The notes: a model not told the origin generated them from the sequence alone. A DNA stretch of 64,000 nucleotides from Bacteroidota bacterium (GCA_027621365.1 JAQCBH010000003.1:65737-129736); one strand, 5' to 3'; counted from the first letter of the stretch, positions 53,984 through 63,684 are shown. Made by a program: numbers and translations.

Positions 53984-55426
53984 TTAGAGAGATTGTAGGG
54001 CTTTTTGTAATAGTTGATTGGTGATTTTGGGATCTGCCTTACCGCCACTTCGCTTCATGACCTCACCGACAAACAATCCTATGAGACCGGTCTTCCCGCT
54101 CTGGTAGGCCTGAACCTTATCAGGGAACTGCTCCAATACCGCTTTTACGATGCCCTCTATTTCAGAGCTATCAGTATTGGTGGCTAGATTCAAGGATTCA
54201 ACGAGCTCGCGAGCCGATGCCTTGGGATTCTCCAATAATGCAGGAAATAGCTTCTGAGAGGCTATGCTGTGGCTGATGACGCCTTCGTCAACTAGCGCAA
54301 TCAATTCGGCCAAGCTTTCTGGCGGCAGGGGAAAATCTTCCATGCCCAAAGCCTGCTCATTCAAATACCCTCGAACAGGAACGGTTACCCAGTTCGCGAC
54401 GGCTTTGTAATTGTTCTGTTGACGGCATACCGCTTCAAAGTAGAAAGCGCTGTGTTTGTCGTCAATCAATACTGAAGCATCGTATTCGCTCAATCCGTAA
54501 TCGTTGGTAAATCGGTTGAATAGTGCTCCTGGCAATTCGGGCATTTCCTGTCTAATGCGCTCAACATCTGACTGAGTCATCAAAACGGGTGGCAAGTCAG
54601 GTTCGGGGAAGTAGCGGTAATCGTTGTTCGACTCTTTCTTGCGCATGGAGAAAGTGCTCCCGTTCAATCCGTTGAAACCACGGGTTTCTTGAATGATGGC
54701 TTGGCCGGAGAGTATGCATTCTTTCTGGCGCTCAATTTCGAAATCAATGGCTCGTTTTACATTGGAAATGGAGTTCATGTTCTTGACCTCCACCTTGGTG
54801 CCGAATTCTATTTGCCCTTTGGGTCGTATGGAGATGTTGGCATCGCAGCGCAAACTTCCTTCTTCCATATTGCCATCGCAGATGTCCAAGTAGCGCACCA
54901 AGCGACGTATTTCGGTTACAAAGGCATAGGCTTCCTCTCCTGTGCGAATGTCAGGTTCAGAAACGACTTCAATCAAAGGAGTTCCGGCACGGTTATAATC
55001 GACCAGGGTATCGTACAAATCCTGATCGTGCATGCTTTTGCCTGTATCCTCTTCCATGTGAATGCGAATCAATCGAACTTGCTTGGGTTCACCATCTTTT
55101 GGTTTGAAGGGTACACGACCACCCACGCAGAGAGGGGTGTCAAATTGCGTGATTTGATACCCTTTGGGTAAATCTGCATAGAAGTAGTTTTTCCTTGCGT
55201 AGCGATTGACTTCCGTAATGGAGCAATCGAGGGCCAAGCCCATTTTAACGGCCTTCTCAATGGCCTGAATGTTGTGCTTGGGCAAGGTTCCAGGATGCCC
55301 CAGACTAATGGGACTTACTTGGTTGTTGGGCATTGCACCATACTCGGTGCTATCGCTCGAAAATGCTTTGCTGCGGGTTTGCAGCTGAATGTGGATTTCC
55401 AGTCCTATGACGGCTTCAAATTCCAT
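53984..55426 (-). CDS. gatB: Asp-tRNA(Asn)/Glu-tRNA(Gln) amidotransferase subunit B
   Basis: MEFEAVIGLEIHIQL start and GatB core; ORF-track N-terminus over-extended. Confidence 0.9.
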   Translation of the reverse strand: MEFEAVIGLEIHIQLQTRSKAFSSDSTEYGAMPNNQVSPISLGHPGTLPKHNIQAIEKAVKMGLALDCSITEVNRYARKNYFYADLPKGYQITQFDTPLCVGGRVPFKPKDGEPKQVRLIRIHMEEDTGKSMHDQDLYDTLVDYNRAGTPLIEVVSEPDIRTGEEAYAFVTEIRRLVRYLDICDGNMEEGSLRCDANISIRPKGQIEFGTKVEVKNMNSISNVKRAIDFEIERQKECILSGQAIIQETRGFNGLNGSTFSMRKKESNNDYRYFPEPDLPPVLMTQSDVERIRQEMPELPGALFNRFTNDYGLSEYDASVLIDDKHSAFYFEAVCRQQNNYKAVANWVTVPVRGYLNEQALGMEDFPLPPESLAELIALVDEGVISHSIASQKLFPALLENPKASARELVESLNLATNTDSSEIEGIVKAVLEQFPDKVQAYQSGKTGLIGLFVGEVMKRSGGKADPKITNQLLQKALQSL

Positions 55427-55519
55427 AATGAGGGATTGCCATCTTGATTCAATCAGGATGTTGTTGCAAAGGTCAGTTCTATCCTTCATTGTGGCAAGTA
55501 TTATTGACTCGCTATTGAC

Positions 55520-55527
55520 TACTTTTG
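55520..55527 (+). promoter_or_regulatory. Bacteroidota-type -7 box TACTTTTG placing the TSS at about 55533, the predicted rnpB 5' end
   Basis: TAnnTTTG motif 5-7 nt before the P1 helix start. Confidence 0.45.
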
Positions 55528-55531
55528 CAGC

Positions 55532-55900
55532 GGCAGTCTGTTCTATCGACTGGTTTTCGAACCAGTAGGAAAGTCCGGGCAACACAGGGCACCGTGCTTC
55601 CTAACGGGAAGGGGTGTAGCCAGCAATGGCTGCATCACAGAAAGTGTCACAGAAACAAACCGCCTCTTCGGAGGTAAGGGTGAAACAGCGGGGTAAGAGC
55701 CCACTCGTGTTGTGGTGACACAACATTGGGATAAACCTCACGGGTTGAAAGACCAAATAAACCCAGGCCAAAAGCGGCCCGCTTCGTGGCTTCGGCCAGT
55801 CTGGGAGGGTAGGTCGATGGAGCGCAATTGTGAAATTGCGCCTAGATGAATGATAGAAACTCAATTAGTTGAGTACAGAACCCGGCTTATAGGGCTGCCA
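55532..55900 (+). ncRNA. rnpB: RNase P RNA (bacterial type A)
   Basis: GGAAAGTCCGGGC (P4), ACAGGGCA, AGGGTGAAACAGCGGGGTAAGAGCCCAC, CCTAGATGAATGATAG...ACAGAACCCGGCTTATAGGG near-identical to E. coli M1 RNA universal blocks; P1 pairing 55532-55539 with 55892-55900; ORF 55601..55864 (-) is spurious. Confidence 0.85.
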
Positions 55901-55992
55901 TTTTTAAAAAAAATTTTGTTAAGGGGCTTGAAAAAGCTGCTTAACATGGTGTAAATTTGCACCCACGTTCGTCGGAAGAAGGACGTGAAAAA

Positions 55993-56065
55993 GCGAGAAT
56001 AGCTCAGTTGGTAGAGCACAACCTTGCCAAGGTTGGGGTCGCGAGTTCGAGTCTCGTTTCTCGCT
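55993..56065 (+). tRNA. tRNA-Gly (anticodon GCC)
   Basis: Acceptor GCGAGAA/TTCTCGC, anticodon loop TTGCCAA, T-loop TTCGAGT, discriminator T. Confidence 0.9.
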
Positions 56066-56076
56066 CTAAAAGTGCA

Positions 56077-56106
56077 AAAGCCCCGGAAACGGGGCTTTTC
56101 TTTTTT
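56077..56106 (+). terminator. rho-independent terminator (GCCCCGGAAACGGGGC + TTTTCTTTTTT)
   Basis: Hairpin plus T-run after tRNA-Gly. Confidence 0.7.
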
Positions 56107-56145
56107 CTAAGATTCCCCATCCGAGATCTAAGCCTTGGATTTAGG

Positions 56146-56172
56146 GCAAAAGAAAAGCCCCGTTTCCGGGGC
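56146..56172 (-). terminator. rho-independent terminator for the gldJ-like gene (same GCCCCG/CGGGGC stem on the opposite strand)
   Basis: Reads AGAGCCCCGGAAACGGGGCTTTTCTTTTGC on the minus strand; forms an inverted pair with the previous terminator. Confidence 0.6.
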
Positions 56173-56200
56173 TCTCCATTAAGATTTTATTGAAGGTCGA

Positions 56201-57721
56201 TTAACGACGACGCTTTGTCTTCTTGTCAATTCCAGAAGAAGGAAGACCATTGTACTTCTTCTTGCTGTTACCCACAGGAGCACCTACACGAATCATCGCA
56301 CAACGGAAGCCCAAGCTCATGGTTGATTGATTCTCGTCCAAGAAACGGCGGGTACCAGGAGAAGCCCAGTATACGCGATCGTTCCAAGCACCACCTTTGA
56401 ACACGCGAGCTTTGTTGTTGATCAAAGACGTGATTCCGTATTCGTAGGTCATTTCACCACTGTTGTAGCTTTCCTCGTCTTTAAAGCCAATGTTATCAGA
56501 CTCTTTGTAGTTGCGACGCTCAGCGTTTTCAGCTTTGGTCACATCGCGGAAGATCAAACGACCCAAAGAATCTTTCTGTTCGATGTATCCATATTGATCC
56601 AATACGACTGTTTTGAACTTGTTTCCACGGAAAGGCATGAAATCGTTCATGTCTTCCAAAGAAAGGGGACGGTAAACATCCATTACCCATTCTGAAACGT
56701 TGCCACTCATGTTGTACAAACCGTATTCATTGGGCCAGTATGAATAAACAGGAGTAGTTACGTCACCTGCGTCGTTCAATTGACCACCGGCAATACCCAT
56801 GTAATCGCCCTTGCCGCGCATTACGTTCATGCGAATCTTACCACGGTCTTTTTCGTTACCGTCTTTGATGCGAATGGTGTAATCCGTCCAAGAGTAGATT
56901 TTTTTCTGGTTAATGTTGTCAAATTCAGTTTCGCCGATGTTGGCTTGAGCGGCATATTCCCACTCAGATTCTGTAGGTAGGCGGTAATCGGGCAACAAGA
57001 TGCCGTCTTCCAACAATACCTGGTAACGCTTGCCGTCTTTCTTCTTTTTCTTGCTGTAATCGCGCAAAGGCTTCTTGCCTTTGTTCAAGAAGGAGTATTG
57101 ACCGGCCAAGTAGGCGCGCAAGTTGAAGTTGTTGTCATCCTGAGCATCGCTTACGATGTCGTATTTGACAATTCCTTCGCGGTCCAAGATCATTTCGTTC
57201 ACACGGTCTGTGCGCCATGCAGCGAATTCAGTCGCTTGACGCCAGTTTACACCAACAACGGGATAGTCTTTATAGGCAGGGTGGCGGAAGTAGTAATCAA
57301 CGAAAGGCTCGTTGAAGCTCAATTTTTGACGCCAGCACAAGGTATCAGGCAAGGCACGCTGGTACACTTCAGGGTAAGAAACGAAAGTCTTAGCCAACCA
57401 GTATACGTATTCGCGGTACAAATGATTGCTAACCTCCGTTTCATCCATGTAAAAGGAGTGAACGGTAACGGTGCGTTCTACGTTGTTGTTGTCATAAGCC
57501 AAATCAGCCTCAGTGCTACCCATGTTGAAGGCGCCGCCCTCGATGAGTACCAATCCGGGGCCAGTTTCTTGGCCTTTGTACTTGGGGTTGGCAAAACCAC
57601 CCCATTTGGGATCGTTGAAGGCTTGGCCAGTTGAACGGCTAACATCCTTCGAACCGCAAGAAGCCATTAATAAGGCAGCTCCTGCAGCGATGAACCAAGT
57701 ATTTCTCATGGTGATATTCAT
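56201..57721 (-). CDS. gldJ: gliding-motility lipoprotein of the SUMF1/FGE-sulfatase-like family (GldJ-like; GldK/PorK not excluded)
   Basis: Lipobox LLMASCGS; FGE-like motifs (GLVLIEGGAFNMGS, HPAYKDYPVVGVNWRQATEFAAWRTDR); adjacent to porU-porV as gldJ is in Flavobacterium johnsoniae; no gldLMN downstream; alternative ATG at 57709. Confidence 0.65.
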   Translation of the reverse strand: MNITMRNTWFIAAGAALLMASCGSKDVSRSTGQAFNDPKWGGFANPKYKGQETGPGLVLIEGGAFNMGSTEADLAYDNNNVERTVTVHSFYMDETEVSNHLYREYVYWLAKTFVSYPEVYQRALPDTLCWRQKLSFNEPFVDYYFRHPAYKDYPVVGVNWRQATEFAAWRTDRVNEMILDREGIVKYDIVSDAQDDNNFNLRAYLAGQYSFLNKGKKPLRDYSKKKKKDGKRYQVLLEDGILLPDYRLPTESEWEYAAQANIGETEFDNINQKKIYSWTDYTIRIKDGNEKDRGKIRMNVMRGKGDYMGIAGGQLNDAGDVTTPVYSYWPNEYGLYNMSGNVSEWVMDVYRPLSLEDMNDFMPFRGNKFKTVVLDQYGYIEQKDSLGRLIFRDVTKAENAERRNYKESDNIGFKDEESYNSGEMTYEYGITSLINNKARVFKGGAWNDRVYWASPGTRRFLDENQSTMSLGFRCAMIRVGAPVGNSKKKYNGLPSSGIDKKTKRRR

Positions 57722-57781
57722 GACATTCAGTGAATGTTTATAACGAGTGAATTTGGAAATTATTGCAAAAGTAGGTGAAAA

Positions 57782-58786
57782 TTAAAATTCAGGACAGTGC
57801 AAAGGCTTGAAAGGTTTGCGTCCGGGAGGAATACACCAATCCAAGGTGGCACTTACTTCATGGCTTGAAGGGATGGCGCTTCGTCCGTCACTCACAGTGA
57901 AGTCATAACTGTATCCAAATTTGAATTTGTCTTTTCTGAATCCAACCAACATCATGATGGCATCTGAGTTGCCATAGTTGCCGAAAGTCTGACGGAACCA
58001 CAAACCAGTAACCAAGGGACCTTTGTTGGCATAGAAGCCCAAATTCAACTGAGTGAAGTTGCGCTGCATCATAAACAAAGCGTTAGGAGAGAAGGTGTTG
58101 GTCTCGTAGCGGTTTTGGCTCAAAGGAATAACGGCTCCTGTGTGAACGGTGTAACGACGGGGCAAAACCTCATCAGGATTCTGGTAGAATGACCAATTGG
58201 GTTCAGTGATGTTGTGAGCGGCAGCTCCAAAGTAAAATTTGCTAGTGTACATGATCCATCCGGCGTTGAAGTTGGGATAGGTCACGCTGTTGCTAGGCTG
58301 CTGTTCTCCAGTAGGCAATACGAATCCTTGGGTAGGGAGAATCATGTCGGCAAATTTCAAACGATTGAAATCAAGACTCTTCATGACGACTCCACCTTGA
58401 AGACCGAAACGCATGAACAAACGGCCGTGGTTCAAGGGCAACAAATAACTGTAAACCCCACTGACGGCTGTTGATGTCAACAAACCTGAACCGGCGATGT
58501 CATGAAATACCATAGCACCCAATCCACCACCGATGGAAGGAACGTGCTGGTCCCACGAAAACATCAAGGAACGGAAAGTGCCGGGAAGGCTAGGCCATTG
58601 GTTGCGATAGTTCAAAGCAACACGGCCAGCAGCCATACCCATGCCACAGACAGCCGAACCTGCCAAAGCAGGGTTGGTGTATACCGGTGCGGCATAGAAT
58701 TGCGTGAGCTCGGGATCTTGGGCTTGCACTCGGGCCGCCGAGAAACTCAAAACGCTCAATAAAGCAATGCGTACAATGGTTTTCAT
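57782..58786 (-). CDS. porP: type IX secretion system membrane protein, PorP/SprF family
   Basis: Family hallmark QDPELTQFYAAPVYTNPALAGS after the signal peptide; ORF-track start at 58801 is TTG, ATG at 58786 gives MKTIVRIALLSVLSFSA. Confidence 0.8.
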   Translation of the reverse strand: MKTIVRIALLSVLSFSAARVQAQDPELTQFYAAPVYTNPALAGSAVCGMGMAAGRVALNYRNQWPSLPGTFRSLMFSWDQHVPSIGGGLGAMVFHDIAGSGLLTSTAVSGVYSYLLPLNHGRLFMRFGLQGGVVMKSLDFNRLKFADMILPTQGFVLPTGEQQPSNSVTYPNFNAGWIMYTSKFYFGAAAHNITEPNWSFYQNPDEVLPRRYTVHTGAVIPLSQNRYETNTFSPNALFMMQRNFTQLNLGFYANKGPLVTGLWFRQTFGNYGNSDAIMMLVGFRKDKFKFGYSYDFTVSDGRSAIPSSHEVSATLDWCIPPGRKPFKPLHCPEF

Positions 58787-58915
58787 ACCTAAGAATTTCA
58801 AAACTACGAATAAAAACGCGTCTCAATCAAAAATATTTCCTCTGCCAGGGGTATAACTGACCTGAATGCGACACAGAAATGACCTCTTGAAGAATCGGCC
58901 TTCGCTTTCTTTGTG

Positions 58916-58923
58916 TATTTTTG
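58916..58923 (+). promoter_or_regulatory. -7 box TATTTTTG 4 nt upstream of the annotated porU ATG
   Basis: TAnnTTTG consensus; implies a leaderless or very short-leader transcript, or a later start at ATG 58955. Confidence 0.3.
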
Positions 58924-58927
58924 AGGT

Positions 58928-61900
58928 ATGTCAATTCGGTCCTTATCGCTTTTTATGGCGGTCTTTGCCATTTCGGCCCAGAGCCTTCTAGCGCAAGGTG
59001 TTTTCGCCACCAGCGGTGAGTGGTTTGGCATAAAAGTCCAGGGGACTCAAACTTATCAAATAACCTATAAAGATTTGAAAGATTGGGGCATGGACATGAA
59101 CTCCGATCCACGAAATTTTCATGTGTTCGGGTACATGGGTCCGGAGTTGGCCTCTCGCAACGACGGGGCCTTAACCATTGATCCACCCGAATTGAGCATC
59201 GGTGTAGTCGGTGAGTCAGATGGGAAATGGGATCCAGGTGATTATGTTGAGTTTTTTGTACTCGGCCCCAAGGGTCACACCTTGAATAAGCATCAAAGTA
59301 CGGTGCCTTACACGCGTTTTTACGATGCCAATCTCCATTTTGTGGTAGGCCACAACAGCGAGCGCGGTCATCGCATATTGACCCAATCGGCGTGGGTAGG
59401 TACAGAGCCTATGAGCCAATGGTATCACTGGGCTTCTGAGTTTGTTTGGCACGATTCAGATCGCGTGAATCCGACTGCCATGGGGAGAACATGGCTGGGA
59501 GAAAAACTGGGCAATGAAACCTTGACACGAACTTGGAAAGAAAATTTGGGTACTCGCTGTGATTCGGCTACTTTGATGTTGACTCTGGCCCCAGCTTTGG
59601 TTGATCAAGGCGGATCCGTGAAGATTCAAATCAACGATACTCAGCAAACTTTGACTTTGAGGCCCATTTCCAATGGGTTCGAGGAGCATTATTTGCTGTC
59701 CAAGTCATACCTTGTTCCCTTGAAATCAGGTCAATTGGATTTGAGCCTTGACTTGAATCGGCCCAACACGCAGTCCAGCCTTTATTTGGAGTCTTATTCC
59801 ATTGAACTGTTCGGAGAAGCCCTTACCCCTGATCAAAACACGCTTTTGTTCAACGAAGGTTTGGCTCAGTATCCGTCGAACACCACCCGCGGATGGCGCC
59901 TTGTAGACAACCTGCAAACCACACCGCTACCCAGGTATTGGAATGTAACCAACCCATACCAGCCTTTCAATTTGCAAAATCCGCAGGTGTCCAAAAATGG
60001 AAAGGCATGGAAAGAATTGAGGTTTTTCCCTGGCGAGGAAGCGGGCATGTTATGGGTGTCTTACCCCAACCAGCTGTCCAAACCGGTATTTACAGGTCGT
60101 TTCACCGTGAACAACGTAACCGGTGAATTCGCGGCTGATATGATCATTTTGACTCATCCCGATTTTGTCGAAGCTGCGTCAAAGTTGGCCCTGCACCGCA
60201 TTCAGACACAAGGATATTCGGTCAAAGTGGTCTTGCTAGATGATATATATAAGGAGTTCGGAGCCGGTCAGCCTGACTTGATGCACGTGCGCAATTACAC
60301 CCGATTGGAACTCTCCAAGGCCGAGGCCCAAAACGTCGATTTTCGCTACCTGTTGATCATGGGGTCGGCCTCGTACGATATGCAAGATCGCGTGAGTCAG
60401 AACACGAACTTCGTGCCTATTTATCACGCGAATACCAACAACAAAGCTGCTGCTTTTTGCTTGGATGATTTTATTGCCTACACCGATTCGGGCCAAGGAG
60501 ATCCGGAAAAGGGCATCAGCCGAATGGCTTTTGCGGTGGGTAGAATTCCCTGTCGTACGGCCGATGATGCCAAAGCCGTGGTCGATAAGTTGATTCGCTA
60601 CGACGACAAAAAGAGTTTGGGCGATTGGCGCAGCCAAATCACGTTCGTTTGCGACGACATGGACGAATACTGGGAGCGTGAATTCGTCACCCAAACCGAG
60701 TCATACGCCCAGAGCATGGTCAATTCCTGGCCCTATTTGAACGTAAATCGAGTCTATGCCGATGCTTACAAACAAGTGACCACTGGAAACGGAGAGAAAT
60801 ACCCCGATGTGAGCAAGGCCATTGACCGTGCGGTTCAGGAGGGAAGCCTCTTTGTCAATTACCAAGGTCACGGCGGTGAAAAGGGCTGGGCACAGGAATC
60901 CTTTTTGGATGTGCCCATGATTCAAGCCTGGAAAAATCCGTACCGCATGCCGGTATTGTTCACTGCTACTTGTGAGTTCAGTCGATTCGATGATCCCGAG
61001 CACCAAAGTGCGGGGGAGTTGGCGCTCTTGAATCCCAGTGGCGGGGCCGTAGGTTTGATGTCCACCACTCGATTGGTCTACGTTTCCGGAAACTCCGAAA
61101 TCAACCGAGATTTTTGGACCAAATACGGCTTCCCCAAAGTAGGGGAGCCGGTTCCAACCTTGGGTGAGGTCTTTCAACGAATGAAGAATCGACCCTCACT
61201 GAATTCGGAAGACAACAAGTTTGCTTTGCTCGGAGATCCATCCATGCGATTGGCATTCCCTGAGCATCTGATCATCATTGACAGCATCAACGACATTCCC
61301 GAAGTCATTTTTGATGATACCATTCGCGCTTTTTCAGTGGTGAAGGTCAAAGGTCACATCAGCGAGCGCCAAAAAGGGTACTTCAAAGGCTTCAATGGGG
61401 TCTGCAGCATCAAAGTGTTCGATAAGCCCATCAATCGTAGTACCCTGAACAACGACGGTAGTTCCGACCCTGTAGATTTTCAAGATTGGGCCAGTATTTT
61501 GTTCAACGGGGAAGTCAGTGTCGTCGATGGTGCTTTCTCGTTTGTATTTGCCGTTCCCAAAGACATCAATTACAACATTGGATTGGGTCGCGCTCAGTTC
61601 TATGCTCACAATGGAGAAACCGATGCCATGGGGGCCTGGAGCTTTTTAATTGGCGGCAGCGAGGCCATTACCGAGTTGGATACGGCTGGACCTGAAGTTC
61701 GAGCCTATTTGGAAGATACTACTTTCGTCGCCGGAGCTGTGGTTCCGGCAACCTCAACCTTTGTGGGTCGGGTGTTTGATCGAAACGGAATCAACGCCAC
61801 CGGTGCAGGTATTGGCCGGGATATGCTGCTCATTTTGGACGAAGGAACCGACCGCGAACAGCAATGGGTGGTCAATGATTATTTCACCTACGATTTGAAC

Positions 61901-62353
61901 AGTTACCAGCGCGGAACGATTTCGTTCCCGCTTCCTACCTTGGCTCCTGGCAAGCATACCATTCGCTGCAAAGTGTGGGACATCTACAACAATTCAGGTG
62001 AAGGTATAACGAACTTCGTTGTAAGCCCGGGCCGCGAATTGGTGATCAGTCGACACGGTATGGTGCCCAATCCTGCCCACGCGGGTTCGAAAATTTCGGT
62101 AACCCACAGCTTGCCCGGTGATGATTTGCAGGTTACCTGGCAATGGTTGGATATGGCCGGACGTGTTGTGAGACAAGAAACGACACAAGAGAGCAGCAGT
62201 TTGACCACCTTATCTTGGTCTCCTTGGGGGCAAAATTCGGCGCAGGGACCTGATCCATTGCCTCAAGGCATATACCTGTATCGTGTTCACATCAGCACGC
62301 TTGACGGATTGTCGGCCGTTTGTGGTGGTAAATTCGTGTGGACTGGTCAATAA
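58928..62353 (+). CDS. porU: type IX secretion system sortase PorU (peptidase C25, gingipain family)
   Basis: About 1140 aa; signal peptide; C25 catalytic His (NYQGHGGEKGW) and Cys (LFTATCEFSRFDD); C-terminal beta-sandwich/CTD-like; directly upstream of porV. Confidence 0.8.
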   Translation: MSIRSLSLFMAVFAISAQSLLAQGVFATSGEWFGIKVQGTQTYQITYKDLKDWGMDMNSDPRNFHVFGYMGPELASRNDGALTIDPPELSIGVVGESDGKWDPGDYVEFFVLGPKGHTLNKHQSTVPYTRFYDANLHFVVGHNSERGHRILTQSAWVGTEPMSQWYHWASEFVWHDSDRVNPTAMGRTWLGEKLGNETLTRTWKENLGTRCDSATLMLTLAPALVDQGGSVKIQINDTQQTLTLRPISNGFEEHYLLSKSYLVPLKSGQLDLSLDLNRPNTQSSLYLESYSIELFGEALTPDQNTLLFNEGLAQYPSNTTRGWRLVDNLQTTPLPRYWNVTNPYQPFNLQNPQVSKNGKAWKELRFFPGEEAGMLWVSYPNQLSKPVFTGRFTVNNVTGEFAADMIILTHPDFVEAASKLALHRIQTQGYSVKVVLLDDIYKEFGAGQPDLMHVRNYTRLELSKAEAQNVDFRYLLIMGSASYDMQDRVSQNTNFVPIYHANTNNKAAAFCLDDFIAYTDSGQGDPEKGISRMAFAVGRIPCRTADDAKAVVDKLIRYDDKKSLGDWRSQITFVCDDMDEYWEREFVTQTESYAQSMVNSWPYLNVNRVYADAYKQVTTGNGEKYPDVSKAIDRAVQEGSLFVNYQGHGGEKGWAQESFLDVPMIQAWKNPYRMPVLFTATCEFSRFDDPEHQSAGELALLNPSGGAVGLMSTTRLVYVSGNSEINRDFWTKYGFPKVGEPVPTLGEVFQRMKNRPSLNSEDNKFALLGDPSMRLAFPEHLIIIDSINDIPEVIFDDTIRAFSVVKVKGHISERQKGYFKGFNGVCSIKVFDKPINRSTLNNDGSSDPVDFQDWASILFNGEVSVVDGAFSFVFAVPKDINYNIGLGRAQFYAHNGETDAMGAWSFLIGGSEAITELDTAGPEVRAYLEDTTFVAGAVVPATSTFVGRVFDRNGINATGAGIGRDMLLILDEGTDREQQWVVNDYFTYDLNSYQRGTISFPLPTLAPGKHTIRCKVWDIYNNSGEGITNFVVSPGRELVISRHGMVPNPAHAGSKISVTHSLPGDDLQVTWQWLDMAGRVVRQETTQESSSLTTLSWSPWGQNSAQGPDPLPQGIYLYRVHISTLDGLSAVCGGKFVWTGQ

Positions 62354-62431
62354 TGGCAATAATTGAGGGTTTTTCTCGTTCTAAAAACGAGCAAATTTTC
62401 AGCTTTGTTTCGCCTAGCGAGCAGAGTCACT

Positions 62432-62439
62432 TATTTTTG
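62432..62439 (+). promoter_or_regulatory. -7 box TATTTTTG 11 nt upstream of porV
   Basis: TAnnTTTG consensus; suggests porV has its own promoter. Confidence 0.35.
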
Positions 62440-62450
62440 TTTCCAACACC

Positions 62451-63647
62451 ATGAAAAAATTCATTCTCGGATGTGGCCTTGTGGGTTTGACCCTAAGCGG
62501 CGTTAAAGCGCAAATTTCCGCCACGCAATTGGCGGGCCAATTGAACACGGTCACCACCATGGTTCCTTTTTTGACCATCACTCCTGATAGCCGTTCGGCG
62601 GCCATGGGCGACGTAGGAGTCTCCTTGTTTGCACCTGATGCCAATAGCGTTCACTGGAACATGGCCAACTTGGTACACGCCGAAAAGCAGAGTGGATTTA
62701 GCTTGTCGTATGCCCCCTGGTTGCGCCAGTTGGTAGACGACGTAGGGTTTTCCTATTTGGCCGGATATGCCAAAGTGGGTGACAATAGCGTGGTGGGCGG
62801 TTCGTTCCGTTATTTCTCGTTGGGCAACATCAATTTCACTGACTTTGAAGGCAATCCTACAGGAAACTTCAATCCCAATGAAATTGCCATTGACGGCGGA
62901 TACGCCACATCCTTCAATCGCCAAATTTCCATGGGTGTCAACTTGCGTTTCATTTACAGCAACATTGCTGGAAACCGTGCCATTCAAGGCATAGACTACC
63001 GCGCTGCCATGGGCGGAGCTGGTGATATTTCCTTCAACTACAACGTTTTTGAAGATCGTGGACCTCAGAACAGCGATTTGAAATTTGGATTCAACATCCA
63101 GAACATCGGTTCTAGAATGACCTATTCCAGCAAAGAGAAGCGCGATTTCATTCCAACCAATTTGAAATTGGGTGTCGGTTATCATACCGAGATGGATGAT
63201 TACAACAGTTTCTCTGTGTATATGGATATCAACAAATTGTTGGTGCCTACTCGTCCGTATTACCTCGTTTCTTGGGACGGTCGCAGCGACTCCATGATCA
63301 ATGGTATTCGCCAGTTCGTTGGCACCGATCCCAATGTTTCCGTTCCTCAAGGCATGATTCAATCCTTCTCGGATGCTCCTGGGGGTATTCAAGAAGAGTT
63401 GAAAGAGTACATGTTGAGCATTGGTGGCGAATATTCGTACAATGATCAATTCACGGCTCGTGCTGGTGTCTTTTACGAAGCTCAAACCAAAGGGGGGCGT
63501 CAATACGGAACCTTGGGTTTTGGATTGAAATTCGAGACACTGACAGTAGACGCTGCCTACTTGATTCCTTTTGCTAATCGCCATCCCTTGCAGAACCAAA
63601 TGCGGTTCAGCTTGCATTTCGATTTAGCTTCGGCAAAGGCGAAATAA
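62451..63647 (+). CDS. porV: type IX secretion system outer-membrane shuttle protein PorV (LptO)
   Basis: N-terminal PorV hallmark (MVPFLTITPDSRSAAMGDVGVSLFAPDANSVHWNMANL), about 390-aa FadL-like beta-barrel. Confidence 0.85.
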   Translation: MKKFILGCGLVGLTLSGVKAQISATQLAGQLNTVTTMVPFLTITPDSRSAAMGDVGVSLFAPDANSVHWNMANLVHAEKQSGFSLSYAPWLRQLVDDVGFSYLAGYAKVGDNSVVGGSFRYFSLGNINFTDFEGNPTGNFNPNEIAIDGGYATSFNRQISMGVNLRFIYSNIAGNRAIQGIDYRAAMGGAGDISFNYNVFEDRGPQNSDLKFGFNIQNIGSRMTYSSKEKRDFIPTNLKLGVGYHTEMDDYNSFSVYMDINKLLVPTRPYYLVSWDGRSDSMINGIRQFVGTDPNVSVPQGMIQSFSDAPGGIQEELKEYMLSIGGEYSYNDQFTARAGVFYEAQTKGGRQYGTLGFGLKFETLTVDAAYLIPFANRHPLQNQMRFSLHFDLASAKAK

Positions 63648-63684
63648 TCGCTGCTCCTTGGTTTTTGGAGGCTAAATTTGCCTG

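Noticed and set aside
55601-55864. 87-aa minus-strand ORF
   Set aside because: Lies inside the RNase P RNA gene, on the opposite strand; the region is non-coding
62493-63617. 374-aa ORF on the - strand
   Set aside because: Antisense to porV, which has strong family signatures; the same reasoning applies to 13674-14405, 31464-31973, 45194-45778, 60236-61177 and other long antisense ORFs
63648-63684. Possible terminator after porV
   Set aside because: Only a 4-bp CTCC/GGAG stem with an interrupted T-run; too weak to call
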